In this document: positions 56,606 to 64,000 of the stretch, in pieces
Layout: each line of letters begins with the position of its first letter
How positions within the stretch are numbered: the stretch's first letter is position 1
NCBI GenBank assembly: GCA_050015075.1
Contig: JBEKCB010000014.1
Location: forward strand, 1 to 64,000
Direction of reading: 5' to 3'
DNA from: Candidatus Brocadiia bacterium
GTDB taxonomy: Bacteria > Planctomycetota > Brocadiia > CAIUPP01
Length of the DNA stretch: 64,000 nucleotides
Notes under the pieces: model-generated
What the model was told of the DNA's origin: nothing
What the model saw: only the letters and a program-made list of their open reading frames with translations
Database searches by the model: none
Program-made: the position numbers and the translations under genes

Positions 56606-57616
56606 ATGAGCGAGCCATCCGAGTTGATCGTCGAGGAGCTGACGGCAGGACCGGAGCACGAGCGGCTCCGGCTCGACAAGTTCCTCAGCCTGGCGTTTCA
56701 GGATTACTCGCGCTCGTTCCTCCAGCGCGCCATCCGCGAGGGCCGCGTCACGGTGGGCGGGCGGACGGTCAAGCCGAGTTGCCTGGTGAAGGCTGGCGAC
56801 GCGATCCGAGTCGCCATTCCCGTCCTCGTCGAAGACCACCTCGAACCGGAGCCCATCCCACTGGCGATCCTCTACGAGGACGAGCATTTCCTGGCGGTGA
56901 ACAAGCCGCCGGACCTCGTCGTCCATCCGTCGCGCGGGCACGCGCGCGGGACGCTGGCCAACGCCCTGCTCTACCATTGCCGGGAGCATGTGTCGAACCT
57001 GAACGGCCCGCTGCGGCCGGGGATCGTGCACCGGCTCGACCGCGACACCTCCGGCGTGATCCTCTGCGCGAAGACCAACGCCGCTCACGCCGCGCTCGCG
57101 GCGCAGTTCAAGGACCGGCTCGTGCGGAAGGAGTACGTGGCGGTGGTACGGGGCGCGATGGAGCACGACAGCGGCGAGATTTCCTTCCCCATCGGCCGCG
57201 ACCCGCGCCTGCGCGAGAGGATGCGCGTGCGCCTCGACGCAGGCGCGACCGGCGCGCGGCCGGCGGTCTCGCGGTTCTTCGTCGAGGAGCGGTTCGAGCG
57301 CTTCACGCTGGTGCGCGTCGAGCCGCTGACCGGGCGCACGCACCAGATCCGCGTCCACCTGAGCGCCGTCCGCCATCCGGTGGTCGCCGACGCGCTCTAC
57401 GGCGGCGGCGAAGCGCTGTACCCTTCGGAGATTCTGCGAAAGGGAAGGCCCGCAGAGGGAACCACCGAAACGCCGCTGATCGCGCGGCAGGCGCTCCACG
57501 CGCGCTCGATCCGCTTCAGCCACCCGGCCACCGGCGCGGCGATGACCTTGACGGCCGAGCCGCCGGAGGACATCCTGGCGCTGATCGCCGCGCTCAAATC
57601 CGCGCGCTCCGGTTGA
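56606..57616 (+). CDS. rluD: RluA/RluD-family pseudouridine synthase with S4 domain
   Basis: RLDKFL...SRS S4 domain; NKP..LVVHP; RPGIVHRLDRDTSG; TGRTHQIRVH; RQALHA. Confidence 0.88.
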   Translation: MSEPSELIVEELTAGPEHERLRLDKFLSLAFQDYSRSFLQRAIREGRVTVGGRTVKPSCLVKAGDAIRVAIPVLVEDHLEPEPIPLAILYEDEHFLAVNKPPDLVVHPSRGHARGTLANALLYHCREHVSNLNGPLRPGIVHRLDRDTSGVILCAKTNAAHAALAAQFKDRLVRKEYVAVVRGAMEHDSGEISFPIGRDPRLRERMRVRLDAGATGARPAVSRFFVEERFERFTLVRVEPLTGRTHQIRVHLSAVRHPVVADALYGGGEALYPSEILRKGRPAEGTTETPLIARQALHARSIRFSHPATGAAMTLTAEPPEDILALIAALKSARSG

Positions 57617-57647
57617 TCAAGCATCGCCGCGATCCACTGTCCGACGC

Positions 57648-59495
57648 TCATTTAACGTCGCCGCTCACCTCGCCACGCCGCAGCAGGAGCATGCCGAACT
57701 GCCGCGTTCGCTGCAGCGGTATCTTTCCAATCTGTCCAACCGGCCGGTAGTGGCTCATAATCCATCGGTAAAGCTCCTCGCCGTAGTCCTTGCCGAAGAA
57801 TTGCTTGCCGTACTCCGTCGTGTCGCGGTGGACGAGCAAAATGAAATCGGGCGGATGGCGCTTGTAGGACTCCGTCATCTGTTCATCGCCGAAGGCTTCC
57901 AGCTCCACGCCCAGGTAGGTCGTGTAAGGCGCAGGGTTGGGTCGGCGCGCGAGGTAGTTCATGAGGACGCCTTCGGGCAGCACGGCCAGCGTCTGCGAGC
58001 GCCCCGCATTCTCCTCAATCATCTTCAGGGCGAGGCTGACGGGTTCCCCTTCGTTCGGCAGAGTACGGAACGCATCGGCGCCCGCGCCGACCTCGTTTGT
58101 GCAGTGCGAAAGGACATCGCGGGTGAAGCTGACGTGCCAACAGGCGGCGGTCGCAATCAGCGTCAGGGCCAGCGGGCGAAACCCGCTTCCGAAGCCGCCC
58201 ATGCGGTCCAACGCCCGGGGCGCCCAGTCCAGCAGGGCCACGACCATGACGAGGCCTGCGGGCAATGCGAGCACGAAACCGTACTGATTTATTCGGCTGT
58301 CGAGAAGTATCCTGGACAGCAGCGCCAGGGCAAAGACTGCGGTCATTGCGGCCAGGGCCGCCTGCGCGCCGCGGTCAGGAGAGCGGCGGCTTCTGATAAA
58401 CCCCACGAGGGCGGCCGCCGCAAGGATGACCATGAACAGCGGCCAGGGGCGCGCGGTCCAGTACCAGAAGACCTGGTTGTATTTCCACAGCATCAAGATT
58501 GCCGCAGCAACGAACAGAACCGCGGCGAGTACCCAGCGGTACCGGCCGGCTCGCCGGCAGGCCAGCATCAGCATCGCGCCGGGGATGAGCATCTCCGCGT
58601 ACCCGGCTGCCGATCGCAGCATGATGACCAGGTTGCCGGCTGCATCGTTCGTGCCCATGACCAGCCTGTAGAACGGCAGGCTGGTGATCCGGGAGTTGAA
58701 GACGTACCACCAGGATCCGAGCATTCCGCGAAGGGCTTCGTGCGGCGGCATGGCCAGGCAGAGGAGCGCCCACGCGGCGAGCGCCGGCAGCGCCGCGCAC
58801 CCGGCGATAGTTCCCGCCGTCCGCGCCAGCCGCCCCGCGGTGAACCCATGCGCCCAGGCAGCGAGGAGAAGTCCTGTCGCCACAGCCAGAGCCGCGCCCG
58901 CAAACATCTCGGTCTTGGTCAGGAACGCCAGGCCGAGAGCCAGCCCCGCCGCCGACGCCCACGCCGGCGACGGCCGCCGGTGATAACGCGCCATGAAGTA
59001 GATCGCCGCCACGCCCAGGATCAGGCCGTGCGTCGCCGAATGCGTATAGGGGCAGACGAAGTTATAATCGGCTATGCGCTCATACCGGCCGAAGGCGAAC
59101 ACCAGCAATGCGACCAGGCATCCGACCGTCGCTCCAAGCCGGCTGCCCATGCGCCTCAAAATGCTGTAAAGCAGCGCCAGCAGAACGCCCAGCAGCGCCA
59201 GGTTGGTCAGCACCAGCGCCAGCAGACTCACGCCGAACAGGCGGAACATCAGGGCGTTGAAATAGGGCGACAGCGGACCGAAGATCGAGGCGAGGTCGCG
59301 GTACAGCACCTTGCCGGCGGCGATCTGCCAGGGGAAGTACAACTCCCGCCCGAAGTCTATCAGCGGGTCCGGCCACGTGCCCCAAGTCCACCAGGTCATC
59401 ACGGCCATGGTCGCCGCGATCAGCGCCGGGCCGGCCCAAACCGAGATTTTCTGCAGTCGCACCGCGCCGATCTTCGGGGCTTCGAATTTCATCAT
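57648..59495 (-). CDS. GT-C fold membrane glycosyltransferase (GT39/ArnT/PMT-like)
   Basis: DFGRELY first-loop acidic motif, LYRD....GPL, many TMs, FLTK.E, C-terminal soluble domain. Confidence 0.7.
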   Translation of the reverse strand: MMKFEAPKIGAVRLQKISVWAGPALIAATMAVMTWWTWGTWPDPLIDFGRELYFPWQIAAGKVLYRDLASIFGPLSPYFNALMFRLFGVSLLALVLTNLALLGVLLALLYSILRRMGSRLGATVGCLVALLVFAFGRYERIADYNFVCPYTHSATHGLILGVAAIYFMARYHRRPSPAWASAAGLALGLAFLTKTEMFAGAALAVATGLLLAAWAHGFTAGRLARTAGTIAGCAALPALAAWALLCLAMPPHEALRGMLGSWWYVFNSRITSLPFYRLVMGTNDAAGNLVIMLRSAAGYAEMLIPGAMLMLACRRAGRYRWVLAAVLFVAAAILMLWKYNQVFWYWTARPWPLFMVILAAAALVGFIRSRRSPDRGAQAALAAMTAVFALALLSRILLDSRINQYGFVLALPAGLVMVVALLDWAPRALDRMGGFGSGFRPLALTLIATAACWHVSFTRDVLSHCTNEVGAGADAFRTLPNEGEPVSLALKMIEENAGRSQTLAVLPEGVLMNYLARRPNPAPYTTYLGVELEAFGDEQMTESYKRHPPDFILLVHRDTTEYGKQFFGKDYGEELYRWIMSHYRPVGQIGKIPLQRTRQFGMLLLRRGEVSGDVK

Positions 59496-59558
59496 TTTCA
59501 GCCCGCGCCGGCCCTCGCCAGCGCCTCCGGTGCAGGAGAACCCGGCCGGCGCGGCCGG

Positions 59559-60617
59559 TTACCGGATGCGCACCGGCTTGCCGGTCTCGGCCGAGGCGAT
59601 GCAGGCATCCTGGTACGCGCGGGCGCGGACGCCGTCCTCGAACGTCGGCGCCTCAGGCGTGCCGGAGCGGATGGAGCGGATGAAACGCGTGAACACCGTG
59701 GTCTCCGGCACCTTCGCCGGCAGCTCGTTCCAGAGCAGGTTGCGCGCGTGGAATTTCTCCAGGCAGACCTGAAGCTTGTTGCCGCCGGAGTCGGTGTCCA
59801 GCACCAGGCCGCCGCGGTCGCCGAAGACGCGCAGGCGCAGGCAGTTCGCGTGGCCGGTGGCCCAGCGCGTGGCGTGGATGACGCCCAGGGCGCCGGAGGT
59901 GAACTCGGCGGTGGTGAAGAAGCTGTCGTCCGCGTCGAGCTTATAGCCTTTCCACGTGTCCCGCGGCACGCCCTTGGGGAAGCTCTTCATCGAGCAGTGC
60001 AGCGACGCGATGTCGCCGACGACGTACGTGGTGAAGTCCAGGATGTGGCAGCCGATGTCCGCGAGCGTGCCGCCGCTGTGGCTGCGGCTCATCCGCCAGA
60101 GCCACGCGGACGAGTTATGCCAGTCGCCCCAGATGTCGTTGGCGAGCCAGCATTGCAGGTAGCTGGCCTCGACGTGCCGGACCTTGCCCAGTTCCCCGTC
60201 CACCACCAGTTGCCGGGCGCGCTCGAGCGCCGGAAGGGAACGGTACGAGAAGTTGATCATGTGGATTTTCCCCGAGGCGCGCGCGGCGCGGAGCATGCGC
60301 GCGGCTTCGGCGGACGAGGTCGCAATCGGCTTCTCGCACAGGACGTGCAGCCCTTTCCGGAACGCGGCCAGGGAGACCTCGCAGTGCGCGGCGTCGCTGG
60401 TGACCACCGAGACGGCGTCGAGCGATTCCTTCGCGAGCAGTTCGCGGTAGTCCGAGTACACCGCCGGGACCGCGTGCTTGGCCGCGAACGCCTCCGCGGT
60501 CTTCGGGACCACGTCGCAGCAGGCGACGATGTGCACGTCCGATTCCTTCTTGAAAGACATCGCATGGTGGTTGGCCATTCCGCCGGTGCCGATGATCGCC
60601 ACGCGGATCGCGTCCAT
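59559..60617 (-). CDS. Gfo/Idh/MocA oxidoreductase (ThuB-like)
   Basis: VAIIGTGGMA, HVLCEKP, NFSYR, GTLADIGCHILD; directly downstream of the ThuA gene. Confidence 0.88.
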   Translation of the reverse strand: MDAIRVAIIGTGGMANHHAMSFKKESDVHIVACCDVVPKTAEAFAAKHAVPAVYSDYRELLAKESLDAVSVVTSDAAHCEVSLAAFRKGLHVLCEKPIATSSAEAARMLRAARASGKIHMINFSYRSLPALERARQLVVDGELGKVRHVEASYLQCWLANDIWGDWHNSSAWLWRMSRSHSGGTLADIGCHILDFTTYVVGDIASLHCSMKSFPKGVPRDTWKGYKLDADDSFFTTAEFTSGALGVIHATRWATGHANCLRLRVFGDRGGLVLDTDSGGNKLQVCLEKFHARNLLWNELPAKVPETTVFTRFIRSIRSGTPEAPTFEDGVRARAYQDACIASAETGKPVRIR

Positions 60618-60696
60618 ACTCTCTATCTCCCTTCAGTCGTTTTGATGAACTGCCCAGCCTATCGTCCCGTAAGCAACACGCATAATTCGAGCCCCT

Positions 60697-60782
60697 GTCA
60701 TGCTGAGCGCAGCGAAGCATCTCACGCCCTGAACGGTTGCCGGCGCGGTGCGTACGAGATTCCTCGCTCCGCTCGGAATGAC
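60697..60782. repeat. Palindromic intergenic (REP/RPE-like) element
   Basis: 27-bp imperfect inverted arms GTCATGCTGAGCGCAGCGAAGCATCTC / GAGATTCCTCGCTCCGCTCGGAATGAC around a 32-nt loop. Confidence 0.75.
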
Positions 60783-60832
60783 CAGAGCGTACGCAACTTA
60801 TTCTCGAGCGCCTTGCCGGCGGATGCACGCCC

Positions 60833-61567
60833 TCAGAATTTCTCCAGCGGCGTCACGGCCTGGCCGAACCGGGTCGGCGGGCAATCGCCCGGCGCGGCCC
60901 ATCGGCAGGCGTTGGCGATCACGCGCTGCACTTCCGGCTGAGAATAGATCGGGAACGTCTCGTGGCCGGGGCGGAAATAGAAGATCCGCCCGATGCCGCG
61001 GTTGAAGCAGCAGCCGCTGCGGAAGACGTCGCCGCCCTGGAACCAGCTCACGAACACGAGCGCGTCGGGCGCGGGGATGTCGAACCGCTCGCCGTACATC
61101 TCCGTGTGCGGGATCTCGAAATGCGGCGGCAGGCCGGCGGCGATCGGATGGTTCGGCTCGACGACCCAGATGCGCTCCTTCTCGCCCATCTCGCGCCAGC
61201 GCAGGTCGCAGGTCGTGCCCATCAGCTTCCTGAAAATCTTGCTGAAGTGCCCGGAGTGCAGCACGATGAGCCCCATGCCGCCGAGGACGACGCGCTGGTG
61301 GACGCGCTCGACGACCTCGTCCCTTACCTCGCCGTGCGCCGCGTGGCCCCACCAGATCAGCACGTCGGTCGTCTCCAGCGCGTCCTTCGTCAGCCCGTGC
61401 TCCGGCTCATCGAGCGTCGCCGTGCGCGCCTCGAAGTCCGGCGAGGCGGACAGCGCCTTCGCGATGACGGCGTGCATGCCGTGCGGATAGACCTCGCGCG
61501 CCGGGTGCTTTGCCTCGCGCTCGTGGCGGAACTCGTTCCAGACCGTGACGCGGATTTTGCGATTCAT
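60833..61567 (-). CDS. thuA: ThuA (trehalose utilization) domain protein
   Basis: [55 protein letters not shown]. Confidence 0.88.
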   Translation of the reverse strand: MNRKIRVTVWNEFRHEREAKHPAREVYPHGMHAVIAKALSASPDFEARTATLDEPEHGLTKDALETTDVLIWWGHAAHGEVRDEVVERVHQRVVLGGMGLIVLHSGHFSKIFRKLMGTTCDLRWREMGEKERIWVVEPNHPIAAGLPPHFEIPHTEMYGERFDIPAPDALVFVSWFQGGDVFRSGCCFNRGIGRIFYFRPGHETFPIYSQPEVQRVIANACRWAAPGDCPPTRFGQAVTPLEKF

Positions 61568-61595
61568 GGCGATTCTCCTTGTCTAAAACGAGGCG

Positions 61596-61625
61596 ATATT
61601 ACGCACTTTGCACTGCGCCTGTCAA
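61596..61625 (-). promoter_or_regulatory. Putative sigma70 promoter of thuA
   Basis: Minus strand TTGACA-18 bp-TAATAT upstream of an AGGAG RBS. Confidence 0.5.
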
Positions 61626-61701
61626 CCGAACTTGCGCGCAGGCCGCGCCTCCGATAGAATCTGTGGGTTGCGCGGCGCGGCGGTTCCCGGAGGCAAGGGC
61701 C

Positions 61702-62187
61702 ATGAAGATCGGCGTGATGTCGGATTCGCACGACAATCTGCCCGCGATCCGCCGCGCGCTGGCGCGTTTCGAGGCCGAGGGCGCGGAGGCCGTCATCCAC
61801 GCCGGAGACTTCGTCGCGCCGTTCTCCATCAAGGAACTGCTGAAATTCAAGGGCGCGCTTTACGGCTGCTTCGGGAACAATGACGGCGAGAAGGCCGGCA
61901 TCCGCGCGCTCTGGCCGGCGGTGGCCGAGCCGCCCTGCGAACTGCAACTCGGCGGACGGCGCATCCTGCTGACGCACGACGAGGCGGCGCTGCAGAAAGC
62001 GCCGGAACTGCTCCGGCGCGCCGAGGTCGTGATCTTCGGCCATTCGCACCACGTCGTCCCCGGCGAGCGCCGCGGCGGCAGCCCGGTGCGCCTGAACCCG
62101 GGCGAATGCGGCGGCTGGCTGACCGGCAAGAGCACCGTGGCGATCCTCGATACCGAGACGCTCGGCGTCCGCATTTTGGAGATTTGA
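61702..62187 (+). CDS. YfcE/MJ0936-family metallophosphoesterase
   Basis: SDSHDN, HAGD, GNND, TH, GHSH, NPGE motifs; GGAGG RBS. Confidence 0.9.
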   Translation: MKIGVMSDSHDNLPAIRRALARFEAEGAEAVIHAGDFVAPFSIKELLKFKGALYGCFGNNDGEKAGIRALWPAVAEPPCELQLGGRRILLTHDEAALQKAPELLRRAEVVIFGHSHHVVPGERRGGSPVRLNPGECGGWLTGKSTVAILDTETLGVRILEI

Positions 62188-62197
62188 CGGGGCGGTG

Positions 62198-62306
62198 GTT
62201 GGGTGATTAGAAAATTGGGAGATTAGGTGATGGGGAAAATGGGACTTGGCGCGTGGCGCGTTTCCGTCCACCAATTTCCCAATCTCCCAATTTCCCAATC
62301 TCCCAA
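62198..62306. repeat. Octamer tandem repeats in inverted arrangement
   Basis: Right arm (CCAATTTC CCAATCTC)x2 CCAA at 62271-62306; left arm made of degenerate complementary units (GGTGATTA, GAAAATTG, GGAGATTA...). Confidence 0.75.
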
Positions 62307-62321
62307 CATTGAGGAAAAACC

Positions 62322-62765
62322 GTGAAGCCGCAACGCGTTCTGCTCTCAGGTCTGGCCATCGCGGCGCTGCTCACCGGCTGCGTCGAGCGCACGCTGCTCC
62401 TGCGCTCCGATCCGCCCGGCGCAACGGTGGTCGTCAACGGCAACGAAGTCGGCGTCGCCCCGGCGAAGATTCACTTCGAGACCTACGGCACGTTCGAGGT
62501 CGTCATGAGCGCCCCGCGCCATCGCCGGCTGCGCGCGCTGGTGCCGGTGAAGCCGCCCTGGTTCGAACAGATTCCGTTCGACCTCTTCTACGAAACACTC
62601 TGGCCCGGCACGGTCCTTGACGAGCATCCCGTGACGCTCAAGCTCGAGCCGCTCCCGGAAGCCGAAGCCGCCGGCGCCGGTCTCGACGAGCGCGAGCTGC
62701 AGCTCCAGCAGCGCGTGCTCGAAGGCGCCCCGGCCACGCCGCAGCCTCCGCCGGAAGGAAAGTGA
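62322..62765 (+). CDS. PEGA-domain lipoprotein
   Basis: Lipobox LLTGC; RSDPPGA.V.VNG..VG.AP; F..YG; PWFE..PFD. Confidence 0.8.
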   Translation: MKPQRVLLSGLAIAALLTGCVERTLLLRSDPPGATVVVNGNEVGVAPAKIHFETYGTFEVVMSAPRHRRLRALVPVKPPWFEQIPFDLFYETLWPGTVLDEHPVTLKLEPLPEAEAAGAGLDERELQLQQRVLEGAPATPQPPPEGK

Positions 62766-63400
62766 CCTTGCCGCCGTCATCCGACCGCGAACTGCTCCGC
62801 TCCATCTACCGCCATCTCGACCTGGAAGGCCTGCTGGAAGATCATCCCGGCCTGACGCAGGAGGACGTCGTGGATCTTTTCCGGCGGTTGAGCGCGCCGA
62901 CGGAGCCGGGCGGAAAAACTCCTCCGGCGCGGCGCGGCGCCGGCCCTTCCGCCTGCGATGAAAAGGGCAGCCGTCCGCCGAAGCCGGGGCGGCTGATCCT
63001 CTGTACCGACGGCGGCTCACGCGGCAATCCGGGACCCGCCGGCTTCGGGGCCGTCCTCCTCGACGACGCCGGCCACGTCGTGCGCGAACTCTCGGAATTC
63101 ATCGGCCGGGCCACGTGTAACGAGGCGGAGTACCGCGCGCTCATCGCGGCGCTGCAGGCGGCGCGCGAACTCGGCGCGCGCGACTTGCTCATCCGCGCCG
63201 ACAGCCAACTGCTCGTGCGCCAGCTCGGCGGCCAGTACAAGGTCAAGAGCCGCAGCCTGATGCCGCTGGCGCTTCGCGCGCGGCGGCTGCTCGAGGAGTT
63301 CGCCTCCTGGAAGGCGGAGCACGTCCCGCGCGAAATGAACTCCCGCGCCGACGCCCTCGCCAACGCAGCGATGGACCGCGGCGCCCCGCCCGCCGGTTGA
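62762..63400 (+). CDS. Ribonuclease HI family protein with an N-terminal extension
   Basis: TDGGSRGNPGPAG, T.NEAEY.AL, DSQLLVRQL.G.YKVK, HVPRE.N..AD.LAN. Confidence 0.9.
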   Translation: MTLPPSSDRELLRSIYRHLDLEGLLEDHPGLTQEDVVDLFRRLSAPTEPGGKTPPARRGAGPSACDEKGSRPPKPGRLILCTDGGSRGNPGPAGFGAVLLDDAGHVVRELSEFIGRATCNEAEYRALIAALQAARELGARDLLIRADSQLLVRQLGGQYKVKSRSLMPLALRARRLLEEFASWKAEHVPREMNSRADALANAAMDRGAPPAG

Positions 63401-63471
63401 AACCTGAGCCGAGTTTGCTCTATTATAGAAGGACTTATCCTCACGTATTCTCTTGGAGATGGGCCAAAGCG

Positions 63472-64000
63472 ATGAAGAAGTATTCTGTGGTGGTCGTGGG
63501 CATCGGGCTGGTCGGAACGCGCATTCTGCAGGTCCTGCGCGAGCGGCATTTCCCGGTCTCCAGCGTCAAAGTGCTCGCCCGCACGGCGCGGACGGAGACG
63601 GTGGACGGCGTGGATTACCCGGTGGTGCCCGCGTCGGCGGAGGCGTTCGACGGGGCGGACATCGCGCTGTTCGCCGGCACCGAGGGCGCCAAGGGCGCCT
63701 CGCAGCTTTACGGCTGGGAAGCGGTCAAGCGCGGCTGCGTGGTGATTGACAACGGCGACGATTTCCGCATGGATCCCCGCGTGCCGCTGGTGATCCCGGA
63801 AGTCAACCCCGAGGCATTGCGCCAGAGCCAGGGACTGATCAGCAACCCGAACTGCAGCACCATCCAGATGGTGGTGGCGCTGGCGCCGCTCCACCGCGCG
63901 GTGCGCATCCGGCGCGTGGTGGTGACCACGTTCCAGTCCGTCTCGGGCACCGGCAGCGCCGCCATCGCGGAACTCGAGCGCCAGGTGCGCGACGTGCCCG
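63472..64000 (+). CDS. asd: Aspartate-semialdehyde dehydrogenase (3'-truncated by the window edge; absent from the ORF track)
   Basis: Own translation: MKKYSVVVVGIGLVG...DIALFAG...VIDNGDDFRMDPRVPLVIPEVN...SNPNCSTIQMVVALAPLH...TFQSVSGTG. Confidence 0.93.
   Translation, partial: MKKYSVVVVGIGLVGTRILQVLRERHFPVSSVKVLARTARTETVDGVDYPVVPASAEAFDGADIALFAGTEGAKGASQLYGWEAVKRGCVVIDNGDDFRMDPRVPLVIPEVNPEALRQSQGLISNPNCSTIQMVVALAPLHRAVRIRRVVVTTFQSVSGTGSAAIAELERQVRDVP

Noticed and set aside
57750-60941. 1063-aa plus-strand ORF
   Set aside because: Antisense to the GT-C and Gfo genes and runs through the palindromic repeat; no domain signal.

Overview
A GC-rich (roughly two-thirds G+C by eye) bacterial chromosomal window. 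The lineage is probably PVC/Planctomycetota-like; this is only an inference from the PEGA lipoprotein and the general gene content. The window is dominated by carbohydrate and sulfur metabolism: heparinase II/III-like, GH50-like, GH2-like and GH101/129-like secreted enzymes, five Gfo/Idh/MocA oxidoreductases, three TIM-barrel sugar isomerases, ThuA, and cysD/cysNC with a sulfotransferase and an atypical sulfatase. Housekeeping genes (rluD-like, RNase HI, asd) lie at the right end. The strongest candidate for an undescribed system is a tightly coupled 8-gene, 12.7-kb membrane operon (18544-31239). It encodes a giant M28-peptidase-like/MacB-FtsX fusion, two polytopic OPT-like/DUF6785-like proteins, two LolD-like ATPases, a small FtsX permease, an internally duplicated soluble protein and a stand-alone PqqD/RRE protein with no RiPP or PQQ enzymes nearby. 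A second unexplained signal is a dispersed ~33-57 bp promoter-containing repeat (6 copies) that precedes mostly glycan/sugar genes and brackets two single genes like cassettes. No rRNA, tRNA, CRISPR array or transposase was recognised. All family assignments come from motif recognition, not database searches.
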